Assembly: GCA_013387215.1 (NCBI GenBank) | Contig: WARW01000001.1 | Location: 12,735-76,734 of the forward strand | Reading direction: 5' to 3' | DNA from: Patescibacteria group bacterium | GTDB taxonomy: Bacteria; Patescibacteriota; Microgenomatia; UBA12405 | Length of the DNA: 64,000 nucleotides | Shown: positions 36,867-45,415 of the stretch, one piece after another | How the letters are laid out: each line of letters starts with the position of its first letter | Position numbering within the stretch: the stretch's first letter is position 1 | Position numbers and translations under genes: made by a program | Notes under the pieces: model-generated | Database searches by the model: none | What the model was told of the DNA's origin: nothing | The model's input: only the letters and a program-made list of their open reading frames with translations

Positions 36867-38213
36867 TTAAATATCAATCGAAATCTTTTGATCTCGATCA
36901 GGGCCAACTGAAATTAAACCGATAGGAACGCCTAATTGTCCCTCGATATACTCCAGTAAGCTTCTAGTTTTAGAAGGTAAGTCTAAATAATTTTTGATAT
37001 TTGAAATATCATCTTCCCATCCTGGAAGGGTAGTGTAGACAGGCTGGCAGTTCCAAAGCAATTTCGACATTACTTCATCCTGCTTTTGCAGTTTCACTCC
37101 TACAATCTGATTATTGGGCCCGAAATCAAAGTATTTGTTTAAGGTTTCTTCGCTCTCTTTGCCGATATATCGGTAAGAATTTGCAAATTTGATTTCTTTT
37201 AAACCAGACATTTTGTCCAAGCAGGACACTACCAGTTTGTCGATTCTTTTGTTCACTTGAAGCGAATATCTAAGCAGTACAAAATCTAGCCAGCCTTGTC
37301 TGACAAATCTTTGCCAAGGAGTATAAACGTTATGAGTTTCTTCCAGATTTAAGTTTTCATCTACTGTTGGAAATGGTCCTGCCCCATGTCGGACACTGTA
37401 TGGTCTTAATAATCCTAGTATAACCGCTTCTTTTTCTCCAAGAAGTTCCAATGCATTAGCTATGGATGTCCTAGTCTGGGTGATATTTGGTTTAAAACCA
37501 TAATCGCAATCCAAAATTGTGCCCTGAGCTGCCTCAAAAATATTATTTTGAGTTTGGATTATCTTTTGTATTTCTTCATCACTTAAAATACCCACCCTTT
37601 TGGTAAGTTCCAAATAAATTTTAGCCAATCCTTTTGGTGAGTACATTTCAAACTCTTCTAAAAGTATTTTTGTTTCTTCGTTACTGGCTAGCTGTTCTAT
37701 CTGGTCAAGTTTTAACATCTTTAGTGTTTTTAGCTTGTATTCCAGATCAGGTCTCAACAGATCTTTCGCTCTAATACTAAATGCAGGATTTGTCCTTTCA
37801 TCTATAACCGTTTCTCCAACACCTCTTCCGCAAGTTCCTTTTTTGGTTGTTCTTAGTATTTCTTTTATCTTTCCGCAGATTATTTGGTAGGGGGTAATTA
37901 CTAAAGAGTTTTCTGATATCAATAATTTTTCAAATGGATCAGAAATACCCTTAGTTTCTAGTTTTTCTCCCTCTACCAAAATTCCGATTGGATCAATCAA
38001 AGTAAACTTTGAAATTATAGTTTTTAAACCAACAAAGGTTCCGGATCCGAATTGGGAAAAGGTGTGGTGGATCCCACTCGACACCACATTGTGAGCACAC
38101 TGAGATCCACCGCAATATCTGACCACATTTCCTCCATATTTTGAGGCTAAAAAATCAACCATTGATCCTTTACATTCGTCACCTTTATCTAGGCCCACAG
38201 TTATCCAATCCAT
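36867..38213 (-). CDS. Divergent adenylosuccinate-synthetase-family ligase (copy 2)
   Basis: GLDKGDECKG, GGSQCAHN, GTCGRGVG, EAAQG, VRHGAGPFPT, GWLD, ISVGPDR. Confidence 0.85.
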   Translation of the reverse strand: MDWITVGLDKGDECKGSMVDFLASKYGGNVVRYCGGSQCAHNVVSSGIHHTFSQFGSGTFVGLKTIISKFTLIDPIGILVEGEKLETKGISDPFEKLLISENSLVITPYQIICGKIKEILRTTKKGTCGRGVGETVIDERTNPAFSIRAKDLLRPDLEYKLKTLKMLKLDQIEQLASNEETKILLEEFEMYSPKGLAKIYLELTKRVGILSDEEIQKIIQTQNNIFEAAQGTILDCDYGFKPNITQTRTSIANALELLGEKEAVILGLLRPYSVRHGAGPFPTVDENLNLEETHNVYTPWQRFVRQGWLDFVLLRYSLQVNKRIDKLVVSCLDKMSGLKEIKFANSYRYIGKESEETLNKYFDFGPNNQIVGVKLQKQDEVMSKLLWNCQPVYTTLPGWEDDISNIKNYLDLPSKTRSLLEYIEGQLGVPIGLISVGPDRDQKISIDI

Positions 38214-38214
38214 C

Positions 38215-39762
38215 TTAAAGTCTCCTTGTCTTTGACCCTGTTGTCTTGTTTACAGGTTTATTGTCGGGCATTTTCATATCGACTGTAATTTCTGGCACCA
38301 AACTATTGTCCAGTGGCCTTAAAGCAGTTTCGATGTCATTTTGCCGTTCTATGGTTTGATCTCTATCACGCATATCCTTGATGTAGTCTGACAATTCTCG
38401 GCCTCCGTATCTTGCCAAAACTCCGATAATCAAATCAACAATTCCTTTTGGATCTTTCAATCTTAAAACATGATCCTCGGGAATTACCGATGACCATTGC
38501 GCCACGATCACGTCGTCTTGGTAGTTAGCATATTTATCCTTTGTTTCCGTTATTCTTTGTTCTGGATCATAATCAAACTCCAGAATTAGTATATTACTGT
38601 TTTCCCTTGTCTTATAAGCTGGCATTACCTTTTCAAAATGCTGTATTTCACCATTGATTTCAACTTCCACAGTAAACTGTGTTTCTATACTTTCTGATTG
38701 GTGAAAAGCATAGTTTTGAACATACACTTTATAGTGTCCTTTTCTGGCTCTGCCTTTTTCCCATCTGATATTTTCCACAGGTTTTGTTGTTTCCCCGTGC
38801 ACATTCATATCTACATCCAAAAAACCTCCACACGGAGCCTTTTTGTTCTCACTTGGATAGTAAATATGAAAACCAGATGGGGTAATCACATGTAAGTCCA
38901 AGTCATTGGTGTTGTGCCAAATCAGTGAAACCCTAATATCGACTCCCTCATACAAGCCCCCGGCTCTTTCGACTCTCTTTTTGATCTCATTATCAATATC
39001 AGTTTTTCTTTTTTCCCATGTTTTTTGCGGGAAAATAAAGAATACTTCATATTTATCCTGAAGATCAGCAAAAACTTTCTTTGAGTCTAGGTCTTCGGGA
39101 ATATCATCGCCGATTATTCTTTTGACTTCATCTTTCGATACTTTGTCATAAAATCCTTCATCGCCAATGAAAAAAAGATAACCTTTTTCTCCGCGGTCAT
39201 TAGCCTCCAACGTTGAGTGATAAGCATAAAAATAACCCATCAATTCATAGGATTCTTGCCCGGTGCCGCCGCCGCCTTTTTCTGGCCACATGCATGAAAG
39301 CACTTCATCAATTTTGTCGTCATAATAAAATTTGCCGACTTGAATTGGTGCTTTGTCAAACTTAGCGTCGCCCAAACCAGCAAAACTAATCACTGGATTA
39401 AGAACGTAGCCCTTCATATTTATTTGGCCAATGAGCATTGGGACTTTTTTGTCGATTATTTCAATATCCTTTCCGCGTGAATCGGTAAAATCTGAAACCA
39501 CTACGATTGGTGTTACTTTTGCTGCTATGTTACGGATAAAATCCAAACACTGTCGAAATGCATTTTTTGGATCAAGACTAGCATGAACCACTCTTTCTTT
39601 TGTAGCATTTTTACCCACCACATCATATTGATATTCTGTATTCACACTGCTTGTTCCCACGCTTCTTTCGTAAAAAACCATATCAGATGGTCCATCGCCG
39701 TCTCCGCCTCCCATTAAAAATGGTGCCAAAAAAGCACAACGCAGTATTCTTAAAAATTTCAT
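38215..39762 (-). CDS. VWA-domain protein with inserted YfaP/DUF2135-like domain (copy 2)
   Basis: DFTDS, GGGGTGQESYEL, KGYLFFIGDE; insert VSLIW..NDLDLHV..PSG..GG.LDVD..PVENI. Confidence 0.8.
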   Translation of the reverse strand: MKFLRILRCAFLAPFLMGGGDGDGPSDMVFYERSVGTSSVNTEYQYDVVGKNATKERVVHASLDPKNAFRQCLDFIRNIAAKVTPIVVVSDFTDSRGKDIEIIDKKVPMLIGQINMKGYVLNPVISFAGLGDAKFDKAPIQVGKFYYDDKIDEVLSCMWPEKGGGGTGQESYELMGYFYAYHSTLEANDRGEKGYLFFIGDEGFYDKVSKDEVKRIIGDDIPEDLDSKKVFADLQDKYEVFFIFPQKTWEKRKTDIDNEIKKRVERAGGLYEGVDIRVSLIWHNTNDLDLHVITPSGFHIYYPSENKKAPCGGFLDVDMNVHGETTKPVENIRWEKGRARKGHYKVYVQNYAFHQSESIETQFTVEVEINGEIQHFEKVMPAYKTRENSNILILEFDYDPEQRITETKDKYANYQDDVIVAQWSSVIPEDHVLRLKDPKGIVDLIIGVLARYGGRELSDYIKDMRDRDQTIERQNDIETALRPLDNSLVPEITVDMKMPDNKPVNKTTGSKTRRL

Positions 39763-39785
39763 TTTAAAAACCCCTTTCCTTATTC

Positions 39786-40694
39786 TTAAAATTCAAACAC
39801 TTGGAATCCGATATCTCCCCATATTTCTTTCCTCAATTCGTACAGTTTTTTTGCCATATCCCATGCATCCCTAGCCCTTTGTATTGGACTGGAGATTAAA
39901 AAGTTTTCTATAAATCTTTGGAATCGGGGGTCAACAGTATCAGGAAGACTATTATCCTCAAGATTGCCACCCAAAAGGTAAATCATACATTTACCAATGG
40001 AATACATATCTGAAGATTCTTTTGGTTCGTCTTTTTTCTGCACCTCCGGAGCGCTGTAATCATCATTTACTGCCCTAAAACCAGCCTTATTTATTGAAGC
40101 ATAACTCCAATCAATCAAACAGGCATTATGGTCATCTTTATGATTAGTCAGCAAATCCACAGGTTTTATGAGAATGTGTGCCGGTTCAATATTGCAATGA
40201 AATATTCCTTTACTATGGGCATATCCCACTGCTGCTAAAATTCGGCACAGCATCCAGGCGGCATGATAATCGGGAACTCCCGACACATACAATGGATGTT
40301 CTCTGATTTGGTTAAGGTTGAAACCCTCAAACTTCTGAAGAATTATCCCCACCGTCTTTTCTTTTGTTTTAAATCTATCCAGGAATTTTGGCAAATGAAC
40401 TTGGTTTTGGTTTTCTTCTGCAAATAATGCATTTAAGATTTTTATCTCATTATTTGCAAACTTATTGTCGATTTCTTCTTTGATTACTTTAACAATGATG
40501 TTTATGCTTTCGCTTTCATTGGCAAAATAACCCTCATAAATCATCGACAAGTCGCCCTCACCAATAACTTTGTTGACGTGGTATTCACGATTTTTAATCG
40601 TTATTACCCAGTCCAGTTTCTCAGATTCATTTGTTGCATTTGAAGCCCCTAAAACTACACCAGTCAACCAGCTTTGAGGATTTTTTTCATCCAT
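39786..40694 (-). CDS. Ser/Thr-kinase-fold protein with HCN in place of HRD (copy 2)
   Basis: IGEGD, IIVK, NEIKIL, HCNIEPAH, LIDWS, SAPE, SDMYSIG; ATG 40694 after GAAAGGGTG. Confidence 0.8.
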   Translation of the reverse strand: MDEKNPQSWLTGVVLGASNATNESEKLDWVITIKNREYHVNKVIGEGDLSMIYEGYFANESESINIIVKVIKEEIDNKFANNEIKILNALFAEENQNQVHLPKFLDRFKTKEKTVGIILQKFEGFNLNQIREHPLYVSGVPDYHAAWMLCRILAAVGYAHSKGIFHCNIEPAHILIKPVDLLTNHKDDHNACLIDWSYASINKAGFRAVNDDYSAPEVQKKDEPKESSDMYSIGKCMIYLLGGNLEDNSLPDTVDPRFQRFIENFLISSPIQRARDAWDMAKKLYELRKEIWGDIGFQVFEF

Positions 40695-40713
40695 TTTTAT
40701 CACCCTTTCTTTA

Positions 40714-41319
40714 TTAATCAGTTTCGATTTTGATATCAAACTTTTGCTTTTCTATACACAGCTTTTGAGCAATTTCCACCTGGTCGTAAAAATTCTTTTT
40801 TATTATTTTTTCATTCATCCCAAATTCTTCTACATCCCTTTTAATCCTCCTTTCCAATCTCGTTTTTGAACTCGCCGACATAAAAATATTTACTTTTTGC
40901 TCAAGATTTCCAATAGCTTCGCTGATCATTGAAGCATATAATCCTTCAACGATAATGTATTTTTGGGAAACTATCGCTTTTGTACCTACTCTCATGTTTG
41001 TTCTAATATCGTAATCAGGAAACATAACTTCTTTTTCTACTGAAAGTTTTTTGATATAACCTTTCATTTCTTCAATATGATAAGAGCTTGGCATATCAAA
41101 CGATCGATAACCGCTTATTATTGGCAAAGAATTATCGTTTTTGTTTTTAAAGCAATCATCCATTTCTACAACCACACTCTCATCATTCAAAAACTCTTTA
41201 AGTAATTTAGCTAAATATGTTTTGCCTGAACAACTGCCGCCGCTGATAAAAATAAAATAGGGGAAAACTGAAGCCTCTTTAATTTTGCTTATTAACCAAT
41301 CTACATTCAAATCAATCAC
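40714..41319 (-). CDS. Uridine kinase-like P-loop kinase
   Basis: GGSCSGKT, MDD, FDMP, IIVEG, RLERRIKRD. Confidence 0.82.
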   Translation of the reverse strand: MIDLNVDWLISKIKEASVFPYFIFISGGSCSGKTYLAKLLKEFLNDESVVVEMDDCFKNKNDNSLPIISGYRSFDMPSSYHIEEMKGYIKKLSVEKEVMFPDYDIRTNMRVGTKAIVSQKYIIVEGLYASMISEAIGNLEQKVNIFMSASSKTRLERRIKRDVEEFGMNEKIIKKNFYDQVEIAQKLCIEKQKFDIKIETD

Positions 41320-41468
41320 TTCCTTTCTAAAATTAGTTTTTAAAGTGCTGTCATCATAAAATCTTGCGATTTTTACAATGCGACCGATTGTAACATTTAC
41401 AAGCTAATTCCTCAAAGTTTTGGCTTATTTATCTTGGAAATTAAATTTAGTCTCACTCAAAGCTGGAT

Positions 41469-41939
41469 TTACTGTTTTATTCTCTTGCAAAAATTATCAA
41501 ACTTTTCTTGATAAATTTTTTTGTCTTTTAATTCTTTTGTATTCCACCCTTCAAAAATATCAATCTTTTTATCTACCAATTTTTGCAAGCTAGCCACTGT
41601 TTTCTCTGGTTTAGTATCGCCGGAAGTAATAAAAATTATTACTTTTTTAAATTGTTTTTTAAATTTATCAATATAAGTCCTTACTGCTGGAGTTGAATTC
41701 CAACCCCATACTGGTGTGCCGACAATAACGACATCATAATCTTTTGGATCTTTACAGGTTTTTATTTCAGTTAAATATTCTTTCATTCCATCTCTTCCGC
41801 TCAAAAGCCAGCCTTTTATTCCGCTTCTGTCTTTTAAATCGATTATTTCATCAACATCTGCTTTTAAATTTTCAGCCAAATCCAAAGCTACCCTTTTAGT
41901 ATTTCCTGTTTTTGAATAATAGGTGATTAAGTATTTCAT
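41469..41939 (-). CDS. Flavodoxin family protein
   Basis: YYSKTGNT, GTPVW. Confidence 0.88.
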   Translation of the reverse strand: MKYLITYYSKTGNTKRVALDLAENLKADVDEIIDLKDRSGIKGWLLSGRDGMKEYLTEIKTCKDPKDYDVVIVGTPVWGWNSTPAVRTYIDKFKKQFKKVIIFITSGDTKPEKTVASLQKLVDKKIDIFEGWNTKELKDKKIYQEKFDNFCKRIKQ

Positions 41940-42061
41940 AACTTTATTTTACCTTAACTTTCTACGCATCTATCGACTCAATTGATCTGAATGATCATAT
42001 ATGATACATTACTTCACTCGCATGGTTGTGAGAATTTGCACCTTAAAAAGGAGAAAGACGC

Positions 42062-43120
42062 ATGAATAAATTGTTTGATTTTGAAGCGCATCCGCAAGCT
42101 GCTTGGCTAACCACCAACAGAGATTGTGATGCCAGGTGTCCACATTGTTATGCCCAAGGAACTCATTATGATCCTGCTGATGATATGACTATCGAAACTG
42201 CCAAATCACTTCTGGCTTTACTTGTTAGTATCGACATAAAGCTTGTCACTACTTTAGGAGGAGAGCCGCTGCTTTGGAAGCCGTTGTTGGAATTCAATCG
42301 GATTGCCAAAAGCTTGGGTATTACTACCAAAATGGCAACAAATGCATTTCGTTTTGGTGATAATGAATTTTGGCAAAGATATCTAAAAAATCCTTGTGAT
42401 TCCGTCGGTATCTCTATCAAAGGAGTCGGCGCCGAAATGCTCAAAAGATTGGCTAATGTCACAGATTATGAAAAAGCTGAAAAAGGTATTAAACGAGCCA
42501 TGAATTTTTACAAAAATGGCGTTGGTACGGTTTTTAGCAGCTTGATGACTCTCGACGACCTGTGGAAAATTGCCGAAACTACCCACGAATGGGGAGCAAA
42601 AACATTTTCCATTGGATTTGCCTGTGCCACTTTGGACTCAGAAGGTTGCCCTTCGAAGAAAAACTATATGATTAAGCTCGACAAAATCGAGGAGTTCATC
42701 CAAGTATACGAAAGAATCGATGAGCTTTTTGAAGGCAGTGTTGGTTTTGAACCCCAGCTTCCGTTTTGTTTATTCAGGGAAGATTTTATTGATAAGTTGA
42801 TTGATAAGGGTCAGCTGTCGAATGGTTGTTTTGTCAACAGCCGCGGCGGATTTACCTTCGATAAAGATGGTAATGTTTTGATCTGCAACTCGATTTATCA
42901 TGAACCTATCGGAAGAATCGGCAAAGATTTCACCGATGGCTCCACCCTGATTAATCATCTTAATAGTGAACCTATCAAAGATATTTTCAGGGAGCTTTTG
43001 CGTTATCCGTCCGATGTTTGCCTGGCCTGCCGCTACAACAAATACTGTCGTGGAGGCTGTGTTATCAATTGGACTGCTTTAACGCCAGACATATTACAGC
43101 CTGTTTTAAAGGAGGTGTAA
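42062..43120 (+). CDS. Radical SAM/SPASM-domain peptide maturase
   Basis: CDARCPHC, GGEP, SPASM cysteines GC..DGNVLIC..CLACRYNKYCRGGC. Confidence 0.9.
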   Translation: MNKLFDFEAHPQAAWLTTNRDCDARCPHCYAQGTHYDPADDMTIETAKSLLALLVSIDIKLVTTLGGEPLLWKPLLEFNRIAKSLGITTKMATNAFRFGDNEFWQRYLKNPCDSVGISIKGVGAEMLKRLANVTDYEKAEKGIKRAMNFYKNGVGTVFSSLMTLDDLWKIAETTHEWGAKTFSIGFACATLDSEGCPSKKNYMIKLDKIEEFIQVYERIDELFEGSVGFEPQLPFCLFREDFIDKLIDKGQLSNGCFVNSRGGFTFDKDGNVLICNSIYHEPIGRIGKDFTDGSTLINHLNSEPIKDIFRELLRYPSDVCLACRYNKYCRGGCVINWTALTPDILQPVLKEV

Positions 43121-43122
43121 TC

Positions 43123-43368
43123 ATGGATAAATTTTTAAACAGTTTAAACAAAATTGGTTCGAAAGAAACCGAACCTGTCCAACCCTTATCTCCAACCTGT
43201 GCCAAATCCCATTGCGCTTGTGAACATTGCGAATGTCAATGTCAGTGTCAATGCCAATGCAGCCCGAGTCAAAAAGATATCGAAGATATTGTCAAAAAAA
43301 CAGTCAAAGAAGTTAGTAAGGAACAGAAAAAAGACAATAATAACGATAACAACGATAACAACAAATGA
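43123..43368 (+). CDS. Cys-rich putative RiPP precursor peptide (81 aa)
   Basis: ATG after AAGGAGGT; core CAKSHCACEHCECQCQCQCQC (9 Cys); directly after the rSAM gene. Confidence 0.8.
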   Translation: MDKFLNSLNKIGSKETEPVQPLSPTCAKSHCACEHCECQCQCQCQCSPSQKDIEDIVKKTVKEVSKEQKKDNNNDNNDNNK

Positions 43369-43380
43369 ATTACGGGCCCA

Positions 43381-43416
43381 CCCGCTGAATCTATGAGACC
43401 AGCGGGTTTTTTTTTT
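43381..43416 (+). terminator. Intrinsic terminator
   Basis: CCCGCTG...CAGCGGG plus T10. Confidence 0.85.
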
Positions 43417-43454
43417 GCCCAAAATCAGGAAATTTATTACAAAATGCAATTTTG

Positions 43455-43538
43455 CGGAGAGAGAGGGACTCGAACCCCCAAGCCCTTGCGGGCGGCAACT
43501 TTCGAGGTTGCTGCCTTACCAATTCGGCGCATCTCTCC
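43455..43538 (-). tRNA. tRNA-Ser(CGA)
   Basis: GGAGAGA acceptor, GCAAC-CTCGAAA-GTTGC, long variable arm. Confidence 0.93.
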
Positions 43539-43563
43539 AAAGAAGATTACAGGGAAACTGCTG

Positions 43564-43635
43564 TGCGCCTACCAGGAATCGAACCTGGATCAACGGTTCC
43601 GCAAACCGCTATTCTATCCATTAAACTATAAGCGC
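43564..43635 (-). tRNA. tRNA-Arg(GCG)
   Basis: GCGCTTA acceptor, GCGGT-TTGCGGA-ACCGT, GTTCGATTCC. Confidence 0.92.
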
Positions 43636-43671
43636 GAATAATCAGTGAATTATATCAGACAATCCTCTCTA

Positions 43672-44232
43672 TTACTTTTTCTCTTCTTTATTTTCCAAAG
43701 GCAACCTGTCGGCAAACCATTTGCTGACTTTATCAACGAAAGTAGGTGAACTTTCCAGCATTGGGATTCTTTTAACTATCAGAGTTTTAATCTTTTCTTT
43801 ATCTTTAGGATCAATCACTAAAGAAATTTGTCTTGGAAATCTTAAATTTGTTTCAAACTGCAAAAGTTCGCTGTTTAAGCTGCTTTTAAACCAAAATCTT
43901 AGCAATAATTCCCATTCATATCTTAATTCGCCAAAATAAACCGCCCTGTTGGTAATTTTATTTTTAATATTTCTTGGCGGAACAGTCGAAAGAACATAAT
44001 ACAAAAAAAGAACCGATATTAAGGCAATAATTAAGAAAAACTCTTTGATGAACATTAAAATAACAGCTGTTAAAACTAAAATTGCAATCACTGTAATCCA
44101 AAAATCCTTATCTCTGGTTTTGAACGATCTTTCGGCAGCTTCCCATTCAAACCATACTTTTTCTTCATTAAGGTCAATATCTCTCAGACTTTCATTTGGT
44201 GATATTTCTTGCGGATCATTTTTTACAGCCAT
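43672..44232 (-). CDS. Conserved-looking membrane protein
   Basis: Two TMs followed by a soluble beta domain. Confidence 0.75.
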   Translation of the reverse strand: MAVKNDPQEISPNESLRDIDLNEEKVWFEWEAAERSFKTRDKDFWITVIAILVLTAVILMFIKEFFLIIALISVLFLYYVLSTVPPRNIKNKITNRAVYFGELRYEWELLLRFWFKSSLNSELLQFETNLRFPRQISLVIDPKDKEKIKTLIVKRIPMLESSPTFVDKVSKWFADRLPLENKEEKK

Positions 44233-44284
44233 TTATTATTATAATAAAGCATTTGAGAAAAATTTGATATACTAAAAAGCACTA

Positions 44285-44367
44285 GGAAGGATGCGGCGAA
44301 TGGTAAGCCACAGGTTTGCTAAACCTGCGCCCGAAAGGACATGAGGGTTCGACTCCCTCTCCTTCCG
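44285..44367 (+). tRNA. tRNA-Ser(GCT)
   Basis: GGAAGGA acceptor, CAGGT-TTGCTAA-ACCTG, long variable arm. Confidence 0.93.
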
Positions 44368-44376
44368 CTCAAAATT

Positions 44377-44399
44377 AATCCCCGTTTGGGGATTTTTTT
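44377..44399 (+). terminator. Intrinsic terminator
   Basis: AATCCCC-GTTT-GGGGATT plus T-tract. Confidence 0.8.
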
Positions 44400-44419
44400 A
44401 TTCCCTTTAAGATATCCTC

Positions 44420-44707
44420 TTATTCAGCCTGTTTGCTTTTTTTCAAAAAACTCCACACTAAAAACGCGGAAAATATCATCGCCATAACCACAATTGAAAG
44501 AATATTGCTCAAAATTCCTTGTGTAATTCTTGGAAAAAATGCATTCAAATCCAAAATCCCAAAATAATTTAAATCTTGAAGCCCTCGATCTTTAAAACTT
44601 TTTATTATTAAAATTCCAATATGAATCAAAGCCGTAATTAAAACGAACTTCAAAAAACTGGAATATACATTTTTGCTGATTTTTAAAAACATATTTGAGA
44701 ATAACAC
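44420..44707 (-). CDS. Small membrane protein
   Basis: Two hydrophobic segments. Confidence 0.55.
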   Translation of the reverse strand: MLFSNMFLKISKNVYSSFLKFVLITALIHIGILIIKSFKDRGLQDLNYFGILDLNAFFPRITQGILSNILSIVVMAMIFSAFLVWSFLKKSKQAE

Positions 44708-44724
44708 AACTTTAAACTAATCTC

Positions 44725-44772
44725 TTGACAAAAAAGTTAAATAGATCTAACATACAGTTAGAAATAATTAAC
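44725..44772 (+). promoter_or_regulatory. Promoter with tandem GTTA-N8-TAAC palindromes (probable XRE autoregulation)
   Basis: TTGACA-17-TAACAT; GTTAAATAGATCTAAC and GTTAGAAATAATTAAC. Confidence 0.55.
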
Positions 44773-44776
44773 AATT

Positions 44777-44968
44777 ATGAAAACAAAAATTAAAGAATAT
44801 CGAGCCAAAAACAATCTGACTCAATTGGAGCTAGCCGATAAGGTTGGTGTTCGCCGGGAAACAATTGTTTTTCTGGAACAGGGGAAATACAACCCCTCTC
44901 TAAAACTAGCCTATGATGTGGCTAAAGTCCTTAAAACATCTATAGATGAATTATTTATATTTGAATAA
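44777..44968 (+). CDS. XRE-family HTH regulator
   Basis: [27 protein letters not shown]. Confidence 0.92.
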   Translation: MKTKIKEYRAKNNLTQLELADKVGVRRETIVFLEQGKYNPSLKLAYDVAKVLKTSIDELFIFE

Positions 44969-44992
44969 AAATTATTTATTGAATTAAAAAAT

Positions 44993-45415
44993 ATGTTTGC
45001 AAATCCAAATTGGTTTAACCAAAGAAAATATAGTGGTTGGGGATTAACTCCTAACTGTTGGCAAGGTTGGCTTTATATGGCCGTTGCTATTTCGCCCTTA
45101 GTTATTTTAAGCAATTTAAGCTTGCCAGGTATGCTTTCTCCAATATTTATGTCTGTTTGGGCTTTTATTTTTATCGCTGATTTCATTGATATCTTCAGAA
45201 AAATTAAAAAAGATGAACGCGATTTGGCTCATGAGGCCATTGCCGAAAGAAATGCTATGTGGGTCATGATTGCCGCTTTGGGTGCTGGCATTGCCTACCA
45301 AGTTGCTGTCGGCATGATTAATAAAACTAATCAAGTTGACCCGGTAATTTTAGTTGCTCTTGCTGGTGCTGTTATCACTAAAGCCATTACTCATTTTTTT
45401 CTGAGGAATAGATAA
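44993..45415 (+). CDS. Membrane protein
   Basis: WF..KYSGWGLTP.WQGW, four TMs, DERD motif. Confidence 0.75.
   Translation: MFANPNWFNQRKYSGWGLTPNCWQGWLYMAVAISPLVILSNLSLPGMLSPIFMSVWAFIFIADFIDIFRKIKKDERDLAHEAIAERNAMWVMIAALGAGIAYQVAVGMINKTNQVDPVILVALAGAVITKAITHFFLRNR

Noticed and set aside
30839-38213. Calling the ligases purA or purZ
   Set aside because: The aspartate-binding TTGR loop is missing in both, the PurZ Ser is absent, and no purine pathway or phage context is present
43018-43122. N-terminal extension of the Cys-rich ORF, and alternative frame 43154-43396
   Set aside because: The extension overlaps the rSAM gene; a strong SD supports ATG 43123 in the Cys-rich frame
43334-43365. GATAACAAC-type short repeat
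   Set aside because: Encodes the Asn/Asp tail of the precursor peptide; not a separate element
43393-43641. ORFs 43393-43641 and 43415-43624
   Set aside because: They are antisense readings of tRNA-Ser(CGA) and tRNA-Arg(GCG)
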